Program-made: the position numbers and the translations under genes | Part shown: positions 28,697 through 44,019 of the stretch, in pieces | Position numbering within the stretch: the first letter of the stretch is position 1 | Layout: the number at the start of each line of letters is the position of its first letter | The notes under the pieces: model-generated | Seen by the model: only the letters and a program-made list of their open reading frames with translations | Told to the model about the DNA's origin: nothing | Databases searched by the model: none | NCBI GenBank assembly: GCA_951406725.2 | Contig: OX597821.1 | Span: 61,876,001 to 61,940,000, forward strand | Source: Octopus vulgaris | Taxonomy: Eukaryota | Direction of reading: 5' to 3' | Length of the DNA: 64,000 nucleotides

Positions 28697-30831
28697 AACA
28701 ACGAAAAAGATGAGGACAAATATCCTTCGAATATAAATAATGTACATAACTCCTCATCTCTTAAATATAGAACAGCAACTGCATATACTCATACTCATTC
28801 AACACTAATTTTACACCGGATACAAATATAATTCTGACTGCATACCTTTTTGAGTCAGGTTCAATTTTAACAGGTGTTCCTATATGATTAAGTATGATAC
28901 TTTGTTGATGAAGTAGGATGGGAAGAAAGTGAAGAAAATTCTGTAATCGCAATAAATTAGAAAATCATGTAGGTTAATTTTACGTCGTTGCAGAAGATTA
29001 GGTATGTACATCAAGGAATCAGAGAGGCCGTCTATCTTTTTGTTTTAAGAATTATATCTTTAAGACATAGATTCAATAAAGCTTGCAGTGCACCTCAGAA
29101 ACACTTTCCGCCCTACAGGCATGATCCAGAGGCAAGCTAGAGCAAGACACCAAGCGGCAATAGAGGTCGCGAACTCAAGATTATGTAACAGCTATAATTG
29201 CAAACGAAAACGAAAGATACCCAAAATGTTCAATGCTTTTCCCTGCATTTCTCGTTTTATGTAAAAGAGATTTTCTCCTAGAACGATTCTTTATGAAAAT
29301 CTAAGGGGTGCCTCACATCCCAGAGGGTTCCAACACGCTGGATACGAATCTAGAATTGTGTAAGGGCCCGTGATATTGCCAGACATTCTTTAAACCTACA
29401 CTATATCATAAAAGTAGGGTGGCACAGTTTTATTAGTATTTACAATTGTTTCTATGGGGACGTTTATGTGAATACGTGATTGATTATATAAGCGTAGAAA
29501 TTTATTTAAGAGGAAACGAGTCCTGCGTTTATACCTTGTAAGAAGAATATGTATTTCATATCGCTTATATAGTGAGGAAGCATGAAAATAATCATAATAG
29601 TAAAAGAAGAATACGGTGAGTAAAAAAGGGCTATGTTCATTCTTCGTCTGATATGTAACTATGCAGAGCATTTATATACTGCCTTTACCGCCGTGTACCA
29701 GGAGATTATAGACCAATGATCTGCCAGTTTAATGAAGTTCCCATATCGGAATGTAAATAATTAGATTGAAAGTTATACTAGAAATACATAGACTTTCTAC
29801 CCTACCGGAACGCTAATAATACACACATGCACATCCGCGCACGCACGTACGCACACATAAGAGTGCAGACACGCATACACAGACAGACACACACATATAC
29901 GCAGACACACAGCACGCGTATACACACATATATACATACATACATACATATATATATATATATGCACATTGTATACTTCTCTGTGTGTATGTATATATGC
30001 ATACCTATACGCACATAATACATACATAGACATGTATATATATTTAAATATATATATATGTACATATATGTAATATAGATATCTATATTATTTTCATATT
30101 TGATTTATATACATAAATACAATACATGTAGTGTGTGTGTGTGTGTGTGTATGTGTGTGTGTGTATGTGTGTGTGTAAATCATCCTAGTCAATTATATTT
30201 TACATGCCTTAAAAACTAATGTTCTTACGATCTATTACAATGTTTGAACTTGTTCAATTTGTAATGTTCTCCTTGGATTATTGCAAATTCCGTCCTAAAA
30301 TTTTTAGTGATTTACATAACGCATTATTCACAGCAATTAACACCAAAGAAACAACTATAAAACTACACTCACTTCCTCGGTGTTTTGGGAAGCAGAGTTA
30401 ATGTAAGAAATACTTTCTATAAGTTTTCTTTTCATAAGTACCTCAAAGGCAACGTTTCTTTGATGGAATCTAAGAAACATGTATTTTGCATTATTGATTT
30501 CATGTCGTAGATAGTATATCAGGCACCGCACAGTGCGTGATGAAAGAATATTATTCCATTTCCTCATATATATACATATATATATTATAACTCGCTCTGA
30601 GATTTATCGTTGTTATATATATATAAATATATACATAAATGTATATATATATTTATATATATATATACATAGATATATATACATATATATTTATATATAT
30701 ACATAGATATATAAAAGTATACATATATATGTATATACATGTGAGTATGTGAGTGTGTGGGTCCATGTATGTAAATCATACATATTTCTGTATGTATGTT
30801 TGTATACACACACACACACACACACACAGAG

Positions 30832-30892
<61 letters not shown>

Positions 30893-31173
30893 CACATACA
30901 CGCACTCACGTGCACATACACATATGTCCATACACATGGGACTAGAAGCATAAAGTTCTGACGACTTTATTTAATTTCACGTGTTTACACACAAATGTCA
31001 CCCACATAAACAGATACACGCACACACACAAGCATACATTAAAATGCACCAAAACATATACACTATACGCAGTAAAATAAAATCGTAAAAACATTAGATA
31101 TGAGATCTGGGTATAAATGTATATACATATATATGTGTGTATCATTTATGTATATATATGTGTATATATATTG

Positions 31174-31224
<51 letters not shown>

Positions 31225-31360
31225 AATACATACACACACACATATATGTAAATATTTATATATACTATATTTCATTATGTTAGAGGAAAAGTCGAAACCA
31301 AAGCAGAACAAACATCTGAAGTCATTTATAATAATTTAAATAAGGTAAGGTGAATTTGAA

Positions 31361-31436
31361 GTCTTACAGCCGTTTCAGGGATAATTCAAGCGGTAGATTA
31401 ATATATCCACGCACTGGGCATTCCATCATCAGAGAC
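31361..31436 (-). ncRNA. Type I hammerhead ribozyme with extended helix II
   Basis: Minus strand: GTCT | CTGATGA | TGGAATG...GCGTGGAT-ATATTA-ATCTACCGC...TATCCCT | GAAA | CGGCTG | TA | AGAC. Core intact with a GUA site. The base of helix II is imperfect. Confidence 0.7.
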
Positions 31437-31665
31437 AAGGGATGAATATATTAGGCAGGGAAATTCACAGTGTACAAGAGATACAAGGTGTAATTAGAAG
31501 AATAAAGAAGAAAGATATTTAAAATAATATAGTCAGGAGACTAGCGTTCACAACTCTCTTTTTCCAGAGGATATTGATGTTAGTCGGTACTTCCATGAAA
31601 GTACAGGTCCTTAGTTAAAATCCTAGGTGAAGCCAGACGGTATTTTGGCAGTATTTTGAGTATTA

Positions 31666-32021
31666 TTTACATTATTTACATTGGACGGATATGTGTCCTC
31701 ATCTTGTTTGTTGTTAGCACAACGTTTCGGCTGATTTACTCTCCAGCCTTCATCAGGTATCCTTGTAGAATTTTGAACCTAACGCTGGGTTCTCATTCCT
31801 AAGGTATTTTTTGATAATGTACTTATTATTATACATCAGCAATGAATACCTTAGGAATGACAACTTACGGTTGGGTTCAAAATTCTACGAAGACACATAG
31901 TGAAGGCTGGAGAGTAAATCAGCCGAAACGTTGGGGTAAAAGAAAAACAAGATGAGGAGGCATCCGTCCTATGTAAATAACGTAAACAAAATACAGAATT
32001 CCTCATCTCTAAAATATAGAA
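31666..32021. mobile_element. Back-to-back inverted pair of PLE pseudo-LTR fragments
   Basis: 31666-31808 is the approximate reverse complement of 31845-31987. Both are homologous to 28608-28772. The plus copy has a mutated core (ATAGTGA). Confidence 0.85.
31716..31761 (-). ncRNA. Minimal type I hammerhead ribozyme (same family as 28651)
   Basis: Minus strand: GATAC | CTGATGA | A GGCTG-GAGAGTAAAT-CAGCC | GAAA | CG | TT | GTGCT. Confidence 0.8.
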
Positions 32022-32501
32022 GAATATTTTGAATGATGTATTCACATTGTAAATGTGTAGTAGAGAGAGAAAGTAAGATAAACATAAAACGGGTTTTGTG
32101 AGTGGGTGTATATAAGAGAAAGAGTGAGAGAGAGAGGAGAAAGGAATAGAAATAAGGTAGAACAGTAAAAATAAGAATAAAAATATAATATAAATAAAGG
32201 TAATGATAGAGAATTCATAAATGGGCCTTGTGCGTGTATGAGAGAGAGAGAGAGAGAGAGAGGGAGAAAGAGAGAGAGAGAGAGCGAGGGATAGAAAGAG
32301 AGGAGAAAGCCAAAGAGAGGGGAGAAAGGAAAATAAATAAAAGGAAAATAAATAAATAGAGGTAAAAGTGTAGAGAAAAGAATACAGAATAAAAATAAAA
32401 TAAAAGTGACTAATAATTGAGGCATGTCAGTATTTCGTGTAGAAGTATATATATAGATATACATGTAATATGTATACATATATATACACATATATAAATG
32501 C

Positions 32502-32543
32502 ACTAGCACAATGACCCGGCAACGACGGGTCTTTAATGCTAGT
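32502..32543. mobile_element. Isolated Helitron-like 3' terminus
   Basis: GACCCG-GCAACGA-CGGGTC hairpin followed by TGCTAG|T, similar to 37266-37289. Confidence 0.55.
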
Positions 32544-32629
32544 ATATATATATATATAAATTAAATTGGAGATAAAACCACTATTGGGGAAATCAAACTG
32601 AAAAACATACACCAAAACATAAAACTAAA

Positions 32630-33306
32630 AGTAATTAATATAATATACAAAAAATATGAAATATAAAATTTAAAAAATATAAAATTTAAAATTGAAATTA
32701 TTAGTTCACATTTATAATTTTTAATATTTTAAAATATTTTTAAATAATTTTTTTAATGTTCTTTTCTAATATTTTTGTTTTTAATACTTTTTATTATTAT
32801 TTTTTTTAATATTAAAAAAAATTTTTTTGAATGAAAAAATATTCAAAAATTAATTAATTAAAAAATTTAAAAAGGAGAATTAATTAAAAAAGTAATTAAA
32901 AAAATTAATGAATGAAAAAAATTAATTAACAATATTTATTTTTAAAAAAATTAATTAAAAAAAATGTTTTTTAATAATTAAAAAACTCTTAAATAATTAA
33001 AAAAATAATTAGAAATTAAAAATTAAAAATTGAAAAAAAAAATTAATAAAAAAAAATTAATTAAGAAAAATTAATAAATAATTATTTTTAAAATTATTAA
33101 CAAAAATTAATTAAAAAAATCTTAATAAAAAAAATTCTATTAAAAAAAATAATGAAAAATAAATTAATTAAAAAATTAATTAACAAAAATTACTTGTAAA
33201 AAATTAGTTAAAAACAATTAAAAACAAAATAATTTTAAAAAATTAATTAATTAAAAAAATTAATTTAAAAAAATTAATAAAAAAAATTAATTAAAAAAAA
33301 TTAATA
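32630..33306. repeat. Almost pure A/T low-complexity tract with TTAATTAAAAAAA-like units
   Basis: Very few G/C over ~670 bp. T-rich from about 32710-32830, then A-rich. Confidence 0.9.
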
Positions 33307-33309
33307 TAG

Positions 33310-35545
33310 CGAAACTCAGATCGGTTCAGTGCTGGGCTCTCAAAGCTGGAAACAGTTATCGAAGCAAAGCGTGCAGCTCTGATGCAATACAAAAGTGATT
33401 ATTCTTTAAAGTCACTCGAATGTTCTCAGAAAGGCAAGAAATGAAACCCAACTGACTGCCAGACGTTGTGCAAATAGGTATTGGCAGAAAATCTGTCAGA
33501 GTATCCAGTCAGCTGCTGACAGTGGCAACACCCATGGGATGTATGCCGGTTTGAAGAAGGCCCTCGGTCCATCCGCAACCAAGTCAGCCTCTCTGAAATC
33601 AACTACTGGAGATCTCATCAAGGACAAAAGCAAGCAAATGGATAGATGGGTGGAGTACTACCAGGATCTCTACTCACAGAAGACCACGGTAGCTGAGGCT
33701 GCACTCGAGGGTGTCAAGATCTTGCCAGTCATGTGTGAACTTGACAGTCTGCCATCCATAGCAGAACTCACCAAGGCTATTGACTCCCTAGCAAATAACA
33801 AGGCTCCGGGAAAAGACGTCATCCCCTTAGATATCATCAAAACTGGCAAAAGCTATCCTGCTTCGGCACCTTCATGAGCTTCTGTGTCAGTGCTGGGGAG
33901 AGGGTACAGTCCCTCAGGATATGCGGGATGCTAACATCATTACGCTTTACAAAAACAAAGGTGAACGTGGTGATTGTAACAATTACCATGGAATATCTCT
34001 TCTAAGCACTGTTGGAAAGGCCTTTGCTCGCATTAAACCTGTCCAGGCTGCAACTGCTTATTTCTCGAATTTATTCAGAAATGCAGTGCGGCTTTAGAAG
34101 AAGCAGATCAACTATTGACATGATATTCTCCATACGCCAACTTCAGGAGAAATCCAGAGAGCAGAACATGCCATTATATATGGCCTTCATTTATCTGACA
34201 AAGGCCTTTGACTCGGTAAGTAGAAAAGGCCTCTTCATCCTGTTCCAAAAAATCGGATGTCCACCAAGGCTGCTGAGGATCATCAAATCTTTCCATGATG
34301 ATATGCAAGGCACCATAGAGCACAATAGTTTAACACAAGCTGCCTTCCAAATAAAAAGAACAGGGTAAAGCAAGGTTGTGGCCTTGCTCCTACATTATTT
34401 GGCATCTTCTTCTCGCTGCTGCTGTCACATGCCTTTCAGATATCAGATGATGGAGTGTTTCTGCACAGTAGAATTGATGGGAAACTGTTCAATCTCTCGC
34501 GTCTGCGTGTCAAGACCAAAATCAGAAGCGTCCTGATCAAGAAGGTGCTATCTGCTAATGATGTCGCTCTGGTATCACACACGGAAGAAGCCCTACAAAG
34601 GATCATCAACTGTTTTGAGCAAGCATGTAGCGACTTTGGCTTAGTTATCAGCCTCAAGAAGACTAACATCATGTGTCAGGCTACATCGGACTTCTCAATC
34701 ATACATATTGGAGACCACAGACTACAGGAGGTGGAGAAGTTTACCTATCTTAGCTCTACCGTCACCTACAACCTATACCTTGATGCTGAGCTCAATATAC
34801 GCATTGGCAAGGCAGCTGCTGTGATGGCCCAACTATCCAAACGGGCATGGGACCACAAAAATGAAGATTTATCAGGCATGTGTACTTAGCACTCTACTGT
34901 ATGGAAGTGAGACTTGGACGCCATACACACGCCAAGAGCGTCGCCTAAATATCTTTCACCAGCGCTGCTTCCAGAAAATCCTTCGCTGCTTCCGGAAAAT
35001 CAAATGGCAGAATCATGTCCCCAACAAAGATGTCCTCAAGCAAGCAGGATTACCAATCATCTTTGCATCCTCACACAAAGACGTATGAGATGGCTTGGAC
35101 ATGTTAGCCGTATGAAAGATGGCAGAATCCCCAAGGACATACTCTACGGAGGGCTTGCTAGGGGCACTAGGTCTGTGGGAAGACCGTTCTGACGATTTGC
35201 AAAAGGGACATGAATGCCTGCAACATCAATATGAGCAGCTGGGAAGCAGTTACCAGCAACTGTGGAGATTGGCGACGTAGCGTAAAAGAGGGAACACAAA
35301 GAGTGACATAGAGAGATAGGAGAAATGGAAAGACAAGAAAAGACGTCAACAAGAAAGTATGACATTACAACCAGCTGGCAAAGTCTTCGCTACATTTGCG
35401 GCACATGCCAGAGGGAGTGTTTGTCTAGGATAGGACTACACAGCCACAGCAGGAGGTGTATTAGGACATGAAATGTAAAAGCCGGACTAGACTATTTTAT
35501 GCGCAACTCCATTGTCTCCCGAGACGAAATGGATGCCAACAACAA
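33310..35545 (+). mobile_element. RTE-clade LINE, 5'-truncated, RT domain disrupted by frameshifts
   Basis: KAPGKDVIP, QCGFRRSRSTIDMIFSIRQLQEKSREQNMPLYMAFIYLTKAFDSVSR, GVKQGCGLAPTLF, LSAND (decayed YADD), LLYGSETW, MRWLGHVSRMKDGRIPKDILYG, C-terminal CGTCQRECLSRIGLHSH, and 3' end GTCTCCCGAGAC...GATGCC(AAC)n. Confidence 0.95.
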
Positions 35546-35745
35546 TATTTATGGATTTCGTAGACAGGAACTGAAACAAATCAGTCGTATATTTATGTAT
35601 GTATATATGTAAGTGTATGTGTGTGTCTTTGTCTCTGTGTTTCGCCCTAATCATTGCTTCACAACTGTTGTTCATTTATTTACATCCACTTAACTTACTG
35701 GTTTCACAAGAACAAACAAATAGAATAAGTACCAGGCTTATCAAC
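35546..35745 (+). mobile_element. SINE family A, middle/3' part abutting the RTE tail
   Basis: TGGATTTCGTAGACAGGAACTGAAA...TAACTTA...ATAGAATAAGTACCAGGCTT. Confidence 0.75.
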
Positions 35746-35853
35746 ATAAAAAAAATCACTAGGATGTGTCTCATATTTTTGTTTGCCCACCCAGTTGTAT
35801 CTATCAATTTATCTTTGTATGTGTGTGTGTGTATCTATCTATCTATCTATCTA

Positions 35854-37288
<1,435 letters not shown>

Positions 37289-37544
37289 TTAAATCTAAAT
37301 CTGAAAGCTAGTTTAGTTTCGTCAAGAAACATCAATAAAGGATATATAATAGGCCCTATCTGCTTACTTAATATAAAAATGCATCATACATCATTATTAC
37401 TGTAGGAAATGTTGGTAGTGTGCATAGAGAAATATTCACTTCTAAACATAAAGAATTGTACAATCCGAGATATGTCGAAAAATATATGAACAGTTGTGAG
37501 TTTAAGAAATATAAAACGAAATATATTAGTTTCATACGTAGGTA

Positions 37545-37715
37545 CAAGACCAGGATATTTCGGGGAGGGAGTAAGTCGATTACTATTTTATCAACTCTGA
37601 AACCATGAAGAGCAAATTCGGCCTCGGTACAATTTGAATTCAGAACTTAAAGATGGACGAAATGCTGCTAAGCAGTTTCTCAGTGTTGTAAGCGATTCCA
37701 CCAGCTCACCGTCTT
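37545..37715 (-). mobile_element. SINE family B
   Basis: GTAAGTCGATTAC..TTTTATC...AATTTGAATTCAGAAC.TAAAGATGGACGAAATGCTGCTAAGCA...CCAGCTCACCG. Confidence 0.75.
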
Positions 37716-38302
37716 TACACCGAAATATATTAAGCATTGATATGCCCTTGAACAACTTAAAATTGCCTGAAATTTTGTAGTTTAATAAATCTATAACTAA
37801 CAATTAACATTGATTCGTAGGAAATTATGAACATTTGGGATATCAAGAAAGTGCGGTTTTATGTAATATTAGAGCATTCATACATTGTGGAATTATTCCG
37901 TTATATATGTAAAGTTTAAAGCGTCTGAAACAATTATATGAGTTTCTACGCTTGACTTAATATACGTGAATAAATATTAGTTAAAACTCATTAGGGAATC
38001 ACGTTTGTTTTATAAATATAGAACATCAATGAATAAACTTCTGCACACATCTCTTTATACGGAAATGATTTCAGAACAGTAATAAGGTTATGTGACCTGA
38101 TACTATAAATCACTATATTCATTTGTAATTTGTTACTTGTACGCTTATTTAGAAATGAGAAATATACCAACGCGTAGATTCATATCCTATAAATCTTCGT
38201 TGTATACAAGCACAGCTACACTACTGTCACCTCCACAGAACGAAATTAGCAACCTCACAACCACAAAGACGATGATGAACACCACCACCACCACAATAGT
38301 AC

Positions 38303-39616
<1,314 letters not shown>

Positions 39617-39684
39617 GAACTGGAAACAAATTTGAAAGAAGAAAAAAAAAGTAATAATAATAATAATAATAATTGATATATAAT

Positions 39685-40049
39685 AATTGATGTATCAATA
39701 CCGGCAGATGACAATGTGTCTCTAAAAGAAATGGAGAAACTCTCAAAATACAATGACCTGGAAATAGAGGTAACTAGAATGTGGAATCTGAAAACAGAAA
39801 CAATTCCTATCATAGTAGGTGCATTAGGCATGATAAAAAAATATTCAGACAAATACATAACAAAAACACCAGGACTTACAAACACATATAACATACAGAA
39901 AATTGCACTACTAGGCACTGCACACATCCTACGCAGAACACTTTCCATACAATAACCATCAGAGCATCACAACAAATCACAGCACATACCCAAGGCACAC
40001 AGAGCTGCGCTCGGTAGTGAAGTGAAAGCACGCTATAAAAATAAAACTA

Positions 40050-40052
<3 letters not shown>
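39685..40052 (+). mobile_element. Second, shorter copy of the same R4/Dong-like 3' end
   Basis: Nearly identical to 39209-39582 with a handful of substitutions. Also ends ACTACTG(AAT)n. Confidence 0.93.
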
Positions 40053-40114
<62 letters not shown>

Positions 40115-40115
<1 letters not shown>

Positions 40116-40298
40116 CCTTTCTGGTATAGGCACAAGGCCTGAAATCTTGAGGAAGGATGGAAATCGATTAAATCGACCCCGAAAGGATGAAAGGCAGAGT
40201 CGACATTGGCTGAATTAGATCTCACAGCGTAAAGACGGACAGAATACCGCTATTCATTTTGCCCCGTGTGCTAACGAATCTGTTAGCTCGCAGCCTTA
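40115..40298 (-). mobile_element. SINE family B
   Basis: ATAGGCACAAGGCCTGAAAT...TCGACCCCGAAAGGATGAAAGGCAGAGTCGAC...GCTAACG..TCTGTTAGCTCGC. Confidence 0.85.
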
Positions 40299-40639
40299 AT
40301 GACAATAGTAATGGAGGAAAACCTGGACATGATTAGATAGAAATTTGCTCAGTGGGTGGAACGTTAAGATAAATAAAATGCTGAAAGAAACGAAGACAGA
40401 TAAAATAACCGGAACGAAGAGATTGATTAACGTCTGCATCATCTATATCAAAATAAAGTAGGCCCCGAACAGAATCGTGAACGTGGGAATGAAAGGAAAA
40501 TAATCCTGGTGGAAAAGAAGAATAAAGCAAGATATGAACGAACTAGGAAACATATCAACATCTTGTAAAGAAAGAGAAAAAGGTAAAAGCAAGAGGGAGG
40601 AGAAGTATCAGGAACTACAACGTGGATATAGGACAACTA

Positions 40640-42655
40640 CAACGTAAATATAGGACAAAGAAGGGCTACTTGATGTTCTTGAAGAGCTAAAACAAAGACT
40701 GTTGGCCATAGCGACAAAGATCAAAAGATATGGCCAATGAATTGAACAATATAATGTCAGCAGATTGTTCCAAGAAGACCAGAAAAGGGTTAATCAAAGG
40801 CTAAATGAAAAGGTTAACAGCAGTGAGAGGTCGAACACTGAAGAAAGTAAAAAGATTGGGAGTAACATCTGGGATAATAGAAGCAAGCATAACAAAAATG
40901 ATAAATGGTTGAAGGAGCGGAAAGATATGACTTGAAACAGAGCATTATTAGAATAACGACTCAAAAGGTAACCGAACAGACAACAAAGATCCCAATCTGG
41001 AATTGCTTAACCCGGATGGGGTACTAGAATCTTGGCTGAAAAGTTTCCCAGCACTACACAGAAGAATAATCACGCAAATGGATCAACAACGGGCTGCAAT
41101 TCGCAAAGTGGCTAACCACAGGTGAAACAATTCTTTGGCAAAAGGATTCCAGTAGATGCAATGGAGTAGATAATTACCGGCCTCTCACCTGTATGCCTCT
41201 CATGTAGAAGCTGATAACAGGAATAATGTCTAATTAGGTGCATAACTTCTTGGAAATGAGTGACAAACTGCTAGTGGAATAGAAAGGATGTAGAAGGAAA
41301 AGCCCTGGGACAAAAGACCATCTTCTGACGCCTTCAAGAAAAGACTTACTTTGTGGGTATGGTGTGGATCGATTATAAGAAAGCTTGTGGCTTAGCTGGT
41401 ATTGGTGTCTGATAGCATAATGAAAAACTGGAATACAAACTTAACTTCATGTGGAAAAGTTTATGGCGAGGGTTAACATCAAGAGAGGCATATTTCAAAG
41501 AGATAGCCTATCACCATTGCTATTTGTGATAAACGGAAAATGTGAATGAAATTCTGAAAAACATCAGAGCAAAAAACATCAGAGGAACAAATAATTTGAT
41601 CAAGGCAGCAAGTATTGTTGTAGCAGAAAATGTGGGTGTTGATGTCAAGAAAAAGAAATATATAATGGGAGTGACAAAAGAAAATATCCATAGTGGAAAA
41701 GACGAATACAGGCGGGGTTTGATATGCTCTCGAAGGACATATTTCTGTTAGATTGAAGAGAGAGGGGGAAGCTTAAAATCGAATAAAAATACAGGGCACT
41801 GAACAGGAAGTATGATATTGAACGAAATATACCGTTAGTATTGCGATGTTGGGGTTGAAAAATTGTGTTGTGCAGAGGGAAGAAATAATAATGCCGGGAG
41901 CTAGATATGCTCAAGGAGTTACAGAATCAGTAGGCGAATACAAGAACAGGAGGAATAGCGACGCATATAGCTGGTAATAAAGAATTACATGGCTGATTCA
42001 CACAATAAACGAAAGATGTTGGAATCACAGAACACTGGTATTAGTTGTCAGAGATAAACCCGAAACGAGAGACCCAGCTCTCATTGTAGCTGCTAAGGAA
42101 GAAGCGATTAGGATACATTTGATGAAGGAAACGATCGAAAGAAACTCAGGCAGACAAGATATATAGAATCAGCAGGAGATGAGACGAGAGAAGCACTTAA
42201 CTCTTGAGTGAATGAAGTAAGTTAGGACAAAATGCGTAGGAGAGCTGATATGACTGTGTAGGTATAACACTGGACTGGGACTTTAACCGAGTTGGTAGCC
42301 TCGAAATAATAAGAAAACAGCACTAACACGAAACAGTTTGTGATAGAGTAGAAGAATTATGGATCTTATAGGATGTCCCGATGAAAATTAGCAAGAGGAT
42401 CAGATATGAATATTGAGGATGAAATAAAGAAACGGTAAAATCATAGACTTTGATACTAAAGAAATTGAAAACAAATTAAGAAATATATGGTCTTAACCAA
42501 GAAATACTCCTGTGGCAGTTGGTGCATTTGGCATAACAGCCATAATGATAATAAAGATAATGAAATGTGTTGGAATTGAGACTCGTATTGCCAAACTGCA
42601 GACAAATTCCATCTTGTATTCTGCAAGAAATCTATGAAATATTCTTGAGACTGGA
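40640..42655 (+). mobile_element. Old, heavily decayed R4/Dong-like element (RT plus RLE remnants)
   Basis: LEELKQRLLAIATKIKRY..RLFQEDQKRV, PDGV..WLKSFPALH, NYRPLTCMPLM, KGCRRKSPGTKDHL, VWIDYKKA, IKRGIFQRDSLSPLLFVI, and later KELHG, LIVAA.EEAIR and PVAVGAFG. Confidence 0.85.
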
Positions 42656-44019
42656 GGAGATTGCTGTCATCAAAACTCAATATAAAATTACTGCTAATTA
42701 AATTAGCTTAATAGCAAAACATCTTGACCGTTTTACATTTTTCACTAATTTCTGAGTTATCTTTTTATACAAGAGTGAGTTTCCTCGATTGTAAATTTGT
42801 GTATTCTTTATTTACAACAACCTTATCATAATTAATTGTGAATATGAGTCCCCAATAATTTGTGATTATAAAGAAAATTTCAATATATGACAGTACCCAA
42901 AGTATTATTCTGGAAGTATTCAATTCATAATGACATTTTAAACAGTATACATTCTACGCGATGTAAGACCGATTTTAGAATGTTAAAATTATATGCTAAA
43001 CTAGATCATTTTACAACTGACACACTACAATACATAAAAGGAAATGCCTGAATCTACAGAAACCGATTTTGCAGCTTTCGGGAAGGATGTATCTTTCGTT
43101 AGTTTATTTAAACAGCTGAAATTGTTTATTCCAAGAACGAATAACAGGTTCTGCATTTTTAATTCAAACTCTCTGTCTTCGTTTTCTGTGATAGGATCAA
43201 TATAATTTATTGTACTGTTTCCTGTAATTAGTTTCATGAGGAATAAGTAAAGAATCCGTCTAAATATTGCGAAGTTTTTTATTTAAGTCTACAATTAATG
43301 ATGTACCTGAAAACAAAACTATAGTGAAACGTAAACAAAACTGAAGCACCTGCCTGAATGAAATAAAACTTTAACACAAATTAATCAAAATTAATTAATA
43401 ATTAATGCTTCAATTTAAAGACGAAAACATTCTCATTATTGTAGTTTCAGGCTACTTTTGCTAGAGTCAGCCTATGGCCTATTGTCAGGTTTTTGGTCTA
43501 TGCACATTCTATAAATTAAACACAATTCAGGACGACGTTATGCGTTCACTTCTCTTATCTTTAAGACAAATCTGCACAGATATTTTATCATCATTAGTTT
43601 AAAACATGACACTTTCACTTGAACTCAGTTTCGCCTCCATTGTTAAACTTCGTGAGTAACATTTATAATTCATAATATATCTAATAATAAATAAACTATG
43701 AAACATTACATTTCCTTTTCTTCAAATTTACGAAGACTCTTGATGTTAAAATGAACACTTTAAAATGCTTACATTACTCATATCTCTCTTTCCATCTCCT
43801 GTGTGCAAACTCTCCCACTAATGATTTTACTTTTATCACCAGCACAATGATGCTAGCCGTTAAAGGTTGATAGAAGCTCTGTGCTATTTGGCTACTGCTT
43901 AGATCTGTATTTCCATCAAACACATGTGTTGCAGGAAAATGTAACCTGATCTTCAGTATATATTGTGTGCTTTTTTTAATGAGGATGCACATGATAAGGT
44001 AGAGTCAGGAAGAGCAAGA

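Noticed and set aside
33310-35545. Active RTE LINE
   Set aside because: 5'-truncated with no endonuclease, multiple frameshifts, and the catalytic YADD decayed to SAND.
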